Source: Thermoproteota archaeon (GTDB taxonomy: Archaea > Asgardarchaeota > Jordiarchaeia > Jordiarchaeales > Freyrarchaeaceae). Taken from it: DNA of 53,500 nucleotides. The stretch is taken from contig JAPDJY010000033.1 of assembly GCA_029258835.1 (NCBI GenBank), positions 1 through 53,500 on the forward strand, written 5' to 3'. Positions 10,139 through 19,955 of this stretch are shown piece after piece. The notes beneath the pieces are model-generated. The model had not been told where the DNA came from, ran no database searches, and was given only the letters and a program-made list of their open reading frames with translations. How positions within the stretch are numbered: position 1 is the stretch's first letter; each line of letters starts with the position of its first letter. Position numbers and translations under genes: made by a program.

Positions 10139-10190
10139 TTTTAATAAACTTGTAACTTACCTCCCTTACACTGTTACAAGTTTATTAAAA
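10139..10190. repeat. Perfect 18-bp inverted repeat with 16-bp spacer
   Basis: TTTTAATAAACTTGTAAC (10139-10156) and GTTACAAGTTTATTAAAA (10173-10190). Confidence 0.9.
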
Positions 10191-10226
10191 AAGCTAATAG
10201 ATAAGATTAAGCTAGGCTTGGAAGTC

Positions 10227-10242
10227 TACTAGTATACTAGTA
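10227..10242. promoter_or_regulatory. 16-bp perfect palindrome (TACTAGTA x2), possible operator
   Basis: TACTAGTATACTAGTA in the intergenic region upstream of the PLD gene. Regulatory role is inferred. Confidence 0.4.
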
Positions 10243-10623
10243 TGTATTGGAACGCTCAAAGTTTAATTTCAACACTTTCTTTCATGATTACTAAAATTTT
10301 ACTTTTAATGACATTAAGCTTCCTTTCACTTCACTAATTGAAGCTAAGTTTTTAGTTTAAACCCTTCTAGAGTTGCGCTTTTTTCATGGAGTTAAAGCGT
10401 TCAAAAAATTCGAGGAACCGCTTAAGCTTGCTCATTTCCGTTTCAGAGAGAAGAAATCTAAAATTTAATCAATGAGTTACTGGTGTCCTGCTTATTCTGC
10501 GAAAGTTCCGTTAACCTACTTTTCAGGTGATGAATTATTTGTTGTTCGAGATTGGTTTTTCTGTGGTTGCCTTTTAGGAAGTTTTGCCTGTTGCTGTTAA
10601 CCCCTTTACTTTCTAAAGGGAGT

Positions 10624-11460
10624 TTAGGGCTGAGTGTCTTTTTCATCTTTAGTTTTTTCTAGTCTTTTCTTGAGGGTTTTCAGTATTTTTTCTTCTCCTT
10701 CTTTTTCCATGAGTTCCCATATTAGCTGGAATGCTTTGATCCTGTTTTGCGCCGAGTTTTTTGCGGTTTTGAATGCTTCTGGTGTTAGGGGTCCTACTAC
10801 TACTGTTTTGCTTTCTTCGTTGTATCTTATGTAGATGGAGCTGTGTGGGTCGGAGAAGGGGGATACGGTTGGGTCTACTGCCGAGACGGCGTCGATTATG
10901 AAGACTGGTAGTATTGAGTGGTCCCAGTACTGTTTTTCTCTTGCCTTGTAGCCTAGTAGGGTTAGTAGGAGTCTTGCCCCTGTTAGTTCTCCGTGGCCTA
11001 GGATGACGTATCCTGGGGCTTCGTGCATTGGGTTGGCGAGGCCTGCCTCGAAGAGGTAGAGGAGGGGTTCGCCTTCGCATGTTACCGTGGCCAGCAGTAT
11101 GTCCGGGAAGTCTGTCATTCCTAGTTCTCTGAGCTTTGAGTACCTGGACATGAGTTCCACTTCGGTTTCTCTGACTATGGCTTCAACTTCTCTCTTGTTC
11201 GGGTTTCTCGCGGCTCCCTCCTTGCTTTTGACGTGCTCCATTAGGTTCGTGTACTTGTTTCTGATGAGCTCGTATGCTCCTTTAACCAGCGCGGAGACTC
11301 CTGCGCCGGAGACCACTGCGAGCCCGTACTCTCGTCCGTTATCCTCGTACGTTACCGGGTAGACTTTCCTCTCCTCTCCGTAGACGCCGTAGCCGCTCAC
11401 CCTGGTGTCGGCTGCAACCACAACACCCTTGCCTAGAACCATGGCGAGAACAAGAGTCAC
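10624..11460 (-). CDS. Proteasome beta-subunit-fold Ntn hydrolase (divergent, stand-alone)
   Basis: GTG at 11460 gives (M)TLVLAMVLGKGVVVAADTRVS..RKV, with Thr1, ADTR and downstream K typical of beta-subunit/HslV folds. Later SGAG motif and DAVSAVDPTVS. Confidence 0.75.
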   Translation of the reverse strand: MTLVLAMVLGKGVVVAADTRVSGYGVYGEERKVYPVTYEDNGREYGLAVVSGAGVSALVKGAYELIRNKYTNLMEHVKSKEGAARNPNKREVEAIVRETEVELMSRYSKLRELGMTDFPDILLATVTCEGEPLLYLFEAGLANPMHEAPGYVILGHGELTGARLLLTLLGYKAREKQYWDHSILPVFIIDAVSAVDPTVSPFSDPHSSIYIRYNEESKTVVVGPLTPEAFKTAKNSAQNRIKAFQLIWELMEKEGEEKILKTLKKRLEKTKDEKDTQP

Positions 11461-11954
11461 CCGCACACCCCAACGGCAACCTGAAATGGAGTTGAAACAC
11501 GGGAGGAAACCAGACGTGTGCCTACTACAATTTGCCTCTTAAAAAATAAATTTCTTACTTTTGAGGGAAAATTTTAAGAGAATTAAATCAACATCGAGTA
11601 GGGGAGGGTGAGGGTGTCGGCTTACCGGAGAGGGTGGCCGTTGAGCGGGGATCGCTGGGCTGAGTAGAAAACATCGGGCCGGTGGGTTGGTGTGGTGGCG
11701 GGCTGCGGCGATTGGTTTTGACCCGTGTTGCTGGGCGGCTAGGGTGTGGTTGGGTTGTGGCCGTCTCGCCGTTCATTGCGCTGTGTTGGGTGCGTGTGGG
11801 TTATTGTTGAGGCTTCTTGGTGGTGTTTCTGGTGGGCTGGCGGTGTTGTTGGGCGTTCCTTTTTCGTCGGGGGGAGGAAAAAGGGTTGGGTTGTGGGCTT
11901 CTTGTTCTGGTGGGTGCTCTCTGTTTTGGTGGGGTGGTGTTGTGGTGTGTGGTG

Positions 11955-12158
11955 TTATGGTGTTTTGACGTCTTTCAGTTTTTCGCTGGCTTGTTCTCCT
12001 CCGACACCCCAGTTCTCCTTTGGAACCTCGTGGATTACGACTTCAACGGCTTCGGCGGGGATCCCCATCTCGGTGAAGACGCCGGTTACCCCGGATATCA
12101 CCTTTCTCTTAGCCTCGCTTGAAAAACCCTTCCAGACATACACGTGAACGATAGGCAT
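11955..12158 (-). CDS. 4-oxalocrotonate tautomerase family protein
   Basis: Pro1 (MPIVHV), GFSSEAKRKVI and EVPKENWGVGG; 67 aa. Confidence 0.92.
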   Translation of the reverse strand: MPIVHVYVWKGFSSEAKRKVISGVTGVFTEMGIPAEAVEVVIHEVPKENWGVGGEQASEKLKDVKTP

Positions 12159-12323
12159 AAGCTCAAATACGCCTGCCTCACTAAAAAACGTACTGATGGG
12201 TTGGGGACGGCTGAGGCAACACTACGGCTACCCGATGTCTGGTGGCGGCGAGGAACGTGTTCCTGGAGCGTGGCAGACCCGTAACCCGTAAAATGTGAAG
12301 CTTTTGACCCGCACGTCAAGATT

Positions 12324-12704
12324 GTGGAAGAGGCTAAACCTAAGAGGCCGCCGGGCGAAGACTATTATAGGGTTGCTTCTCAGGGCGTACTTTATTTAGC
12401 GGTGAGAAGGGCTCTGGAAGATATCGGCCTTGAGGCAGATCACGTCAGCTCCGAGTGGATAGGATACGAGAAGCCTATAAACTATTGTGGCTGGCTATCT
12501 GAGAGCCGCGCGGTTTTCGGCATTTACGCGAGGGATTTGGATGCCGCTGAAAAACTGTTGAATGCTGCAGACTTAACTGGGCTGGCTGACGTAGGCTATA
12601 GAACTCATATCGGGGTACGCTTCGTAGCCGTAGGAAGAACCATAGGTAACCTGCGTCTATGTGATGAACCGCTCAATGAGGGGATAGCGAAAGATGGATG
12701 CTGA
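12324..12704 (+). CDS. Hypothetical protein (possibly a fragment)
   Basis: 126-aa ORF with protein-like composition and no recognised motif. Confidence 0.45.
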   Translation: MEEAKPKRPPGEDYYRVASQGVLYLAVRRALEDIGLEADHVSSEWIGYEKPINYCGWLSESRAVFGIYARDLDAAEKLLNAADLTGLADVGYRTHIGVRFVAVGRTIGNLRLCDEPLNEGIAKDGC

Positions 12705-12949
12705 AAATGATGAAGGGAAGGCCTTAAGAAATATGTGTAAGGCCTGCGTGGGTCGGCTTCTCAATCTATAAGCCTCTATGGAATGCCAACAGAGTTCCCT
12801 CATATCCATGGGCCCTAGACCAGGTAAAGGGTTGCCTCTCAGATGAGGAATTAGGCTTAAAAGCGTAGCCGGATGGTATGCTGGCTTACCCCTTAAATTT
12901 GTTGGATTTAACGTTGCCTGTTTTTTGTAGTGAGATCCCCATATTCTGA

Positions 12950-13340
12950 CTTACCAGCATGTTTCAAATTAAATATCTCGCCTTTTTTCGAGTTTCTCCA
13001 CAACTTTCAGTATTTTATCCTCGTTCTCGTAGATTTTCTTGATCATGTAGAGCTGACCGCTAGAAGCATCAGTTTTCTCCGACGCTTGGTTCCGAGCCAT
13101 ACTCTGGGTCAGATTTGACTCGGTTTACACCGTAAGCATCCATTCCTTTGCTTTTGGCGTTAATTCTTGTCTTAGAAATGCTTTTCCAGATAAGTCTCCC
13201 GCGGAGTCTTTATTCTTTGCCTGTTCAGCTCCACTACTGCTACCTTCTCATTCTCGAACTCCTTCACCACGCAGGGGAACATATTTGAACCCAAGGAGAG
13301 TGCGGCCTTCCAGCGGCGATGCCCGCTCAAGATCACGCTG
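12950..13340 (-). pseudogene. ParB/Srx-like domain protein remnant
   Basis: VILSGHRRWKAA..PCVVKEFENEKVAVVELNRQRIKTPRE (GHRR motif), 5'-truncated and followed by stops. Confidence 0.7.
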
Positions 13341-13342
13341 TC

Positions 13343-13483
13343 ATGGTTATAGCATACGTCAACGTCAAGCTTCCAGAGGAGCTGGCTAGGAAAGTGGACA
13401 AACTCGTAAAAGGATGGAACCTCAGCTACCGTAGTAGACGCGCGCACTCAAGGTTTCCTGTCACATGCAGGGAATCGAGGTAG
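13343..13483 (+). pseudogene. Ribbon-helix-helix (CopG/NikR-like) regulator fragment
   Basis: Manual translation MVIAYVNVKLPEELARKVDKLVKGWNLSYRSR; the second helix is missing. Confidence 0.6.
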
Positions 13484-13565
13484 AGGTCTTCCTTCCGCAT
13501 GCTCTACCGACAGAATAGGCAACACTAAACAAAGAACGTAATTTTTATTTTTAAATGATGGCAAA

Positions 13566-13922
13566 ATGAAGTGTGTATACATAGGGGTTGCTCACATGAT
13601 ACCGCCCGAGCCGCTTGAAATAAAAAGGAAAGCGCTTGAAAAGGCCGATAGCGGCGAGTGGGCTATGATTAGGAGGGATAAGGTTATCAAACTATGGGGC
13701 CTTAGCGCCCAAGCGCTTCCCAAATATTTATGGTCGTATTGGAATTCAGAGCTTAAGGCTAAGGGATTGTCATGGCAGCTCTTCCTGAAGACCCTATCGG
13801 CCTGTGACTACGACGTGGTTAGGTGGGTCGAAGGACTGTTGTCCTGGGAAGATCTTGTGAGCATTATCACACGTGTTTTGGAGAAGGCTATAAAGGGGGT
13901 CTATCCACTTTGGCTACCGTGA
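13566..13922 (+). CDS. Hypothetical Trp-rich protein upstream of the BREX-like operon
   Basis: 118-aa ORF after an AT-rich TATA-like stretch, co-oriented with the DUF499 gene. Confidence 0.7.
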   Translation: MKCVYIGVAHMIPPEPLEIKRKALEKADSGEWAMIRRDKVIKLWGLSAQALPKYLWSYWNSELKAKGLSWQLFLKTLSACDYDVVRWVEGLLSWEDLVSIITRVLEKAIKGVYPLWLP

Positions 13923-14004
13923 ACTGTGAGGATTTGTGGAGGGTGCTCATGTTTTGGAGAAAGTTTTTGAGAATTAGGGATATGTTGTTGGAGGGAAAGG
14001 CTGT

Positions 14005-16536
14005 TTGAGGCTCGTTGATGTTGTTAGGTTGAGGGATGAGGTTGTTAGTGGCGAGGTTCATGGCTGGGTTAGCTTGAGGGGCATATTTGAAGGCGGGAGG
14101 GAGAGTGATCCCAACTATATATTTGATATGACTTATCCATCTGTTGAAATTAGAGATTTATTAGGGGCTGTTTGTGAGAAGCTTAAAGGCGTTAGGAAGA
14201 CTGGTTTCTTTATTCTTATGGGGGGTTATGGTACAGGCAAGAGCCATATCCTCTGCCTTCTATACCACCTCTTTAAGAATCCTAGTTTGGGTAGGAAGTG
14301 GCTTAAGGAGAAGAGTATTGATTTAGATTTGCCTGATGATTCTACGGTTTTAGCTTTCTCTTTGATTGATGAGCCTCCTAATTATCTTTGGGAGCCTATA
14401 TTTAGGGGTTTAGGTAGAGAGGATCTTTTAAGCGAGGTTACAACTTTTCCTGGAACTCGCCTTCTAAAGGAGGCTTTAAAGGATAAGGGCGTTACTGTTG
14501 TTATAATGGATGAGGTTGAGGGCTGGTATAGTGGGGTTGCGGATAAAGATAATAACTTGAACTTCTTGCAGGTCTTGAGCGAGGTTGCTTGTGAGGAAAG
14601 TTCTAACCTCCTTGTCTTCTGTGCTTTGTATGGTGAGGTTAAGGAGATTTTGGGCAGGGTTGATAGGGTTGAGCCCTACAGGGCGAATTTAACTTTATCT
14701 AGGGATAGAGAGAAGATTATATTGTTTAGGCTTGTTTCTGATGTAGATAGAACTGCTGCTTCTGAGATTGTTAGGAATTATATGAAGCATTATCATGATT
14801 CTGAGGTTGAAATACTTAATCCTCCATTTTATGAGCGCCGTATGGTTGAGCTTTATCCTCTGCATCCCGAGCTAGTTGATGTTCTCTTGACAAGGTATAG
14901 TAGTTCTCGGAATTATCAGAATACTCGTGGCGTCCTTTGTCTATTGGCTTCTGTTCTCTCTAAGAGGTGTGGTGATGTTGATCTTATTCTTGCCTCTGAT
15001 GTTGATATGGGGGAAGGTGATCTCCTATCGCTTAATAGAGTTCTTGTTGAGAATGCACAGAAGGACGCTGAATCTATTGGTGATAATTTCATTAGGAGCC
15101 TCCTCAACACGGTCTTACTATACTCCTTTGGTGAAAGTGAGGTTGGAGCCTCTAGGAATGACGTTGTTTTAGGCGTTCTTAGGCCTGGGATGAATGTTAA
15201 TGATGTGGATGCTACCCTATTGAATCTCCCTAATCTCGCTCCCCATGTTTGGGTTAAAGATGATAAGTATTTTATCGGTTATGAGGCTAACATCGTTACT
15301 TTAATTCAGAATAGGGCTGTTGAAAACATTGAGGGCGGAAAGGTTACTGAGGCTCTAAATGTTATTAAGAGCATGTTGAAGCGGGATCTCTCCTATTTGA
15401 TCTACCATCCTAACCCTGAATTCGGGGATGAGATCGAGGATACAGATCGCATTAGAGTTGTCGTCTCGCTCAAAGCCTTAAACAATTCAGAGATTAATGA
15501 GTTTTATAAGGGCAGAACCTATGCCAACTGTTTGATTTTATATGTTCCTAAGAGTGGTGATTTAACGAAAGACGAGGATATACTCGTTATTGCTGAGAGA
15601 CTTCGTCTCAGCGATCAGTATGAGGGGCAAGTCTCTGGTGAGACTAGGGAGCTCCTCGATAGGCTTAGAGATAGGGATAGGAGAACCCTAAAGAATAAGC
15701 TCTCAGACTTCTATGGTTATTGGGTTAAGGTTACAGGCTTTGAGGATGGTAAGGTTGAGTATAGACTTGTCCCATGCGGGTTAAATGAGGTTAAGGGTAA
15801 AGTCAAGGAGAGTTATGATGTCGGAACCATACAGGGAGAGGTTCTTAGACATTTGGAGGGTAGAGAAGATGGACTTAGACTTGACGAGATAAAATATGAC
15901 TTTAAGATAACCCCCGGTAAGCCTATAATCCTCGTCTCAAGTCTCTTCGATGAAGCCATCAGATCCTTATATGGAGAAGGTGAAATCGCCATCGAGTATA
16001 GGGGCAGATACCTACGTGAACCTGACTCTCTGCCACCATTAAGGGATACTATGAAGATTATCTTGAGTAAATATGCTCCCCCACCGCCGGAGGAGGTTGT
16101 TGAGAGAGGGGAGGAACCTGTTAGAAAGATTAAAGAGCCTACTAGGGGGCCGGGAGCGCTATCACCTTTCATCAAGGTTACGCAGCCTGAAGTTAGGGTT
16201 GTGGAGGAGAGAAGAGTTACTCAGACCATCGAGACCGGCGAGCATTCATCCCCTTACCAGTTGAGTGTTGAGGCTGAGAGGAAGATTCGTGAGGGTGCTC
16301 AAGTTAGGGGTATTGAGATAACCTTTTCCGGGAGTTCGTTTGAGGATTTCAGTTCCTTCCTTAAGTTTGTTGAGTCTCTTAATGTTGGGAGACCTAGAGT
16401 TTGTGATGTTAGGTTAAAGTTAGTTATTGAGGGACCTATGGACAGGGATGGAGTTATAAGGTTGCTGGATAAGTTGCCTCCTTCTCTTGGTGGCGGTAGC
16501 GTTAAGGCTGTTTTTGAGGTTGAGGAGGTTGCTTGA
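14005..16536 (+). CDS. DUF499-family (BrxC/PglY-like) AAA+ ATPase
   Basis: Walker A GGYGTGKSH, Walker B VVIMDEVE, and YPLHPEL...YQNTRGVLCLLA (DUF499 FQRTRG-type motif). Confidence 0.88.
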   Translation: MRLVDVVRLRDEVVSGEVHGWVSLRGIFEGGRESDPNYIFDMTYPSVEIRDLLGAVCEKLKGVRKTGFFILMGGYGTGKSHILCLLYHLFKNPSLGRKWLKEKSIDLDLPDDSTVLAFSLIDEPPNYLWEPIFRGLGREDLLSEVTTFPGTRLLKEALKDKGVTVVIMDEVEGWYSGVADKDNNLNFLQVLSEVACEESSNLLVFCALYGEVKEILGRVDRVEPYRANLTLSRDREKIILFRLVSDVDRTAASEIVRNYMKHYHDSEVEILNPPFYERRMVELYPLHPELVDVLLTRYSSSRNYQNTRGVLCLLASVLSKRCGDVDLILASDVDMGEGDLLSLNRVLVENAQKDAESIGDNFIRSLLNTVLLYSFGESEVGASRNDVVLGVLRPGMNVNDVDATLLNLPNLAPHVWVKDDKYFIGYEANIVTLIQNRAVENIEGGKVTEALNVIKSMLKRDLSYLIYHPNPEFGDEIEDTDRIRVVVSLKALNNSEINEFYKGRTYANCLILYVPKSGDLTKDEDILVIAERLRLSDQYEGQVSGETRELLDRLRDRDRRTLKNKLSDFYGYWVKVTGFEDGKVEYRLVPCGLNEVKGKVKESYDVGTIQGEVLRHLEGREDGLRLDEIKYDFKITPGKPIILVSSLFDEAIRSLYGEGEIAIEYRGRYLREPDSLPPLRDTMKIILSKYAPPPPEEVVERGEEPVRKIKEPTRGPGALSPFIKVTQPEVRVVEERRVTQTIETGEHSSPYQLSVEAERKIREGAQVRGIEITFSGSSFEDFSSFLKFVESLNVGRPRVCDVRLKLVIEGPMDRDGVIRLLDKLPPSLGGGSVKAVFEVEEVA

Positions 16537-17392
16537 GGAGTATTTTGTGAGGCTTGTTGAAGCTGATGACCCCGTTCTTGAGGTTTGGGATATTCTTGTT
16601 GGTTTGTGGGATGCTGACCGGGATGTTAGGTCCTACTTTCGTTTAGAGGAGGTTGCTTCTGAGTTTGAGAGGGATCTGAATAGTGTCTTCTTTGAGTTTT
16701 ATGATTATCTTTATCGTCGGATAAGAAGTGCGGCCCCCGGGTTCAGTCTGCCCTTGATTATTGTTGACGGCATGAGTGTTAGGGAGGGTAACCTTCTCAT
16801 TAGGGACTTGGAGAGGGAGGGTTATGAGATTCTTGAGTATAGCTGTAGCTTCTCCGCTCTTCCATCCAACACTATGAGCTTTAGAGAAGCCATGAATGTC
16901 AAGTTTACAGAGGTTAGGAGCGGTAAGGCTCCATCTGACTTAGATTTCAGGCTTCCTGTGTGGATCTCCTATCCTGATGAAATTTTACACCATGCTGCGG
17001 GAATTCTTCCTCCCGAGAAGGCTTATGAGATGACGAGGGACTGCATCTTCAAGGTTTTAGATATGGTTGGGAGTGGCGAGGTTACCTTAATTTCTGATCA
17101 CGGTTATATTATGGTCGATTATGTATGGTCCTTAGCGAAGGGCGATAGCCGCTTCCTGAAGGAAAAGGTTTTCGGCTCTCAGCGTTTTGTTAGGATTGAT
17201 GAGGTTGATGCTTCGGCTTTAAGAAAGCTTAGGGATCTTCCGAGGGATAGAAGTTATGTCTTAGTTGATGATAATTACTGTTATGTTAGAGGCAGGTATT
17301 TCTGGCCTATTAGAGGTTACGGCAGAGTTGTAGCTCATGGAGGCTTATCCTTGATGGAGTGTATGGTTCCTAAGATTAGGGTTAGGGTGTGA
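16529..17392 (+). CDS. pglZ: PglZ-like alkaline-phosphatase-superfamily protein (minimal)
   Basis: IIVDGMS, SALPSNT, ISDHGY and AHGGLSLMECMVP. Likely TTG start at 16529 overlapping the ATPase stop. Confidence 0.85.
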   Translation: MLEEYFVRLVEADDPVLEVWDILVGLWDADRDVRSYFRLEEVASEFERDLNSVFFEFYDYLYRRIRSAAPGFSLPLIIVDGMSVREGNLLIRDLEREGYEILEYSCSFSALPSNTMSFREAMNVKFTEVRSGKAPSDLDFRLPVWISYPDEILHHAAGILPPEKAYEMTRDCIFKVLDMVGSGEVTLISDHGYIMVDYVWSLAKGDSRFLKEKVFGSQRFVRIDEVDASALRKLRDLPRDRSYVLVDDNYCYVRGRYFWPIRGYGRVVAHGGLSLMECMVPKIRVRV

Positions 17393-19944
17393 AGAAAATG
17401 AGTTATATAGAGAAGGATTTTCCAATCGAGAGGCTTAACGAGATCGCCCTTAAGGAGGCTAATGCTAAGAAGCCTGTCTATCAGATTCATAAGTGGTGGG
17501 CGAGAAGGGTTGGAAGCATCTTTAGGATGATCATATTGGCTGCTTTTTCTCCTAAGGATATTTCTGAGGCTGAGTTGTGGAGGAGATTCTACCGTAAGAC
17601 CGATCTTGGCGGTAAGATTATACTTGACCCCTTCATGGGTGGCGGAACCACAGTTGTAGAGGCTTTAAAGCTTGGTTGTAAAGTTATCGGGATAGATATT
17701 AATCCCGTCGCTTGGTTCATAACTAAGAAAGAGGTTGAGCCATTAAACCTTGACAAGTTTAGGGAGGAGTTTAGGAGGCTTGAGGAGAGAGTTGCCGACA
17801 AGATCAAGAGATACTATAAGACTATATGCCCGAGTTGTGGGGCGGAAGCAGATGTCATGTATGTATTCTGGGTTAAGAAGGTTAAGTGCCTAAGATGCGG
17901 GAATTGGGTTCCGTTATTCAACTCTTTCAGAATAGCCTCTCTGAGTAAGCGTCTCCACGTCGTCTTCTGTCCAGAATGCAAGGAGATCATAGAAGTGGAG
18001 GACGTGAATGAGGAGGCTGTATGCCCCTTATGTGAGAAGAGGTTTATCCCGTCTAAGGGCTATGCTGGGAAGGGATATTATTACTGTCCTATATGTGGCC
18101 ATAAGGGTGAGATACTTAGGGCTGTTAGGAGAGAAGGCAAGATCCCAGAGATGGAGATGTATGCTATAGAGTATTACTGCCCATACTGTCGTGAGAGAGG
18201 ATACAAGAAGGCTGAGGATTATGATAGGGAACTATACCTGAAGGCGAAGGAAGAGTTTGAAAGAGGGAAGGATGAGCTGCTCTTCCCAAGGCAGAAGATA
18301 CCTATAGGAGAGAAGACGAGAGAGCCGTTGAACCATAACTATGAGTATTTTTATCAGATGTTTAATGAACGCCAACTCCTATGCCTCTCCACACTCCTTC
18401 AAGAAATCCTAAAGATAAAAGATGAAAACATAAAAGAATACATGATACTAACATTTTCAGATTGTGTAAACGCTAATAACATGTTTTGTAGATATGAATA
18501 TAAACCGCGAAAACTCGCTCCGTTATTCGGTCCCCACGCTTATTGGCATTATAATATGCCTGTTGAAAACAATGTATGGGGAACAAGATATGGAAGAGGC
18601 ACCTTTAGGAGATATTTTGAGAAAACCGTAAAGGCAAAGATATACACATTAGAGCCCTATGAATATACGGTTCACAGAAACAAAGTGATTGTTAGTGGAA
18701 GGTTAAAAGCAACCTTAACGGGAGATTTTAAAGAGCTTTCAACGAAACAATATAACGTAATACTAAAAGCGCAAACTTCTGAAGATTTATCTTTCATACC
18801 AGATAAATCTGTAGATGCTGTAGTAACTGATCCTCCTTATTATAGTAATGTAATGTACTCTGAGTTAGCGGATTTCTTTTATATCTGGCAAAAATTAGTG
18901 TTAGAAGACAGGTATGAATGTTATGAAGGCTATCTTTCTCCACGCGGAAGAGAGATCATAAAGAACGATACGCAAGGAAAGGATGCTGATTTCTTTCTAA
19001 AAGGTTTAAGAAGAGTTTTTGAGGAGTGTAATAGAGTTTTAAAAGACGGAGGCATTATGGCTTTCACATTTCATCATGAGAGAAGTAAAGCTTGGGCCTC
19101 AACCTTACGTTCCATCTTAGAGGCAGGCTTCTATATAATAGCAACTTATCCTATTCATTCTGAAAGTAGAGGCGAGTATCTTCATAGTAAAGGAATACGA
19201 TACGATATAATAATTGTCTGTAAGAAGAAGGCCTTTGAGGAGCCTGAGAGAATAAGCTGGGAGGCCCTTAAGGATCAGATTCATGAAAGAGCAAGGGAAG
19301 TTTTAGAGAGGCTGTGGCTCTCAGATAGAGAGCTCAGAGACGAGGATATGTTCGTCATCGCTATGGGTAAGTGCCTTGAACTCTACTCTAAGCATTATCC
19401 AAACATATACAAGCATGGAAGAAGAGTCGAGGTCGAGGAGGCTGTATCGGATATAGATGACATAATAGACTCATTACTGAAGATTAAGGATATAGAGGCC
19501 CTGCCGGGAGCTATAGACGAGATAACAAGGATATATTGCACATACATGGCGGGAATAGACATGATGAGCTATGACGCCCTTCATAAGAGACTAAGTAAGG
19601 GAGGAATAGAAGCCAGCAGATTCATAAAGGAAAACCTAATAGAGAAAACGGGGAACACGGTTAAGATTCTAAAGCCGGAAGAGAGGAAACCATACATAGA
19701 AGAGAAGATAAGGAAGGGAAAGGAGCTCCTAACAATAGACAAAATCCACCTGCTATATACAGTCTATAAGGAAGGAAAGCCAATAATAAGATACCTCTCA
19801 GAACATGGGGGAGAAGACGTTAAGAAAGCCTCAGAACTAATATACCGGAAAACAGGAGACGAAACATATGCAAAGATAGCGGGGGTCGCAGCAACGATGC
19901 CAAGAAAAGTAAAACCAACAACCCTCGAAGAATTCACGACGTAA
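17389..19944 (+). CDS. DUF1156-family adenine DNA methyltransferase with Zn-ribbon insert
   Basis: IHKWWARR, DPFMGGGTT, TDPPYY and six CxxC pairs. Confidence 0.92.
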   Translation: MKKMSYIEKDFPIERLNEIALKEANAKKPVYQIHKWWARRVGSIFRMIILAAFSPKDISEAELWRRFYRKTDLGGKIILDPFMGGGTTVVEALKLGCKVIGIDINPVAWFITKKEVEPLNLDKFREEFRRLEERVADKIKRYYKTICPSCGAEADVMYVFWVKKVKCLRCGNWVPLFNSFRIASLSKRLHVVFCPECKEIIEVEDVNEEAVCPLCEKRFIPSKGYAGKGYYYCPICGHKGEILRAVRREGKIPEMEMYAIEYYCPYCRERGYKKAEDYDRELYLKAKEEFERGKDELLFPRQKIPIGEKTREPLNHNYEYFYQMFNERQLLCLSTLLQEILKIKDENIKEYMILTFSDCVNANNMFCRYEYKPRKLAPLFGPHAYWHYNMPVENNVWGTRYGRGTFRRYFEKTVKAKIYTLEPYEYTVHRNKVIVSGRLKATLTGDFKELSTKQYNVILKAQTSEDLSFIPDKSVDAVVTDPPYYSNVMYSELADFFYIWQKLVLEDRYECYEGYLSPRGREIIKNDTQGKDADFFLKGLRRVFEECNRVLKDGGIMAFTFHHERSKAWASTLRSILEAGFYIIATYPIHSESRGEYLHSKGIRYDIIIVCKKKAFEEPERISWEALKDQIHERAREVLERLWLSDRELRDEDMFVIAMGKCLELYSKHYPNIYKHGRRVEVEEAVSDIDDIIDSLLKIKDIEALPGAIDEITRIYCTYMAGIDMMSYDALHKRLSKGGIEASRFIKENLIEKTGNTVKILKPEERKPYIEEKIRKGKELLTIDKIHLLYTVYKEGKPIIRYLSEHGGEDVKKASELIYRKTGDETYAKIAGVAATMPRKVKPTTLEEFTT

Positions 19945-19955
19945 GGTGAAAAAAG

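Noticed and set aside
11588-12147. Several overlapping Gly/Val/Trp/Cys-rich ORFs
   Set aside because: They arise from low-complexity G/T-rich DNA and overlap the real tautomerase gene.
13172-13447. 91-aa ORF as a real gene
   Set aside because: It is a chimera of antisense RHH sequence and a ParB fragment; annotated as two remnants instead.
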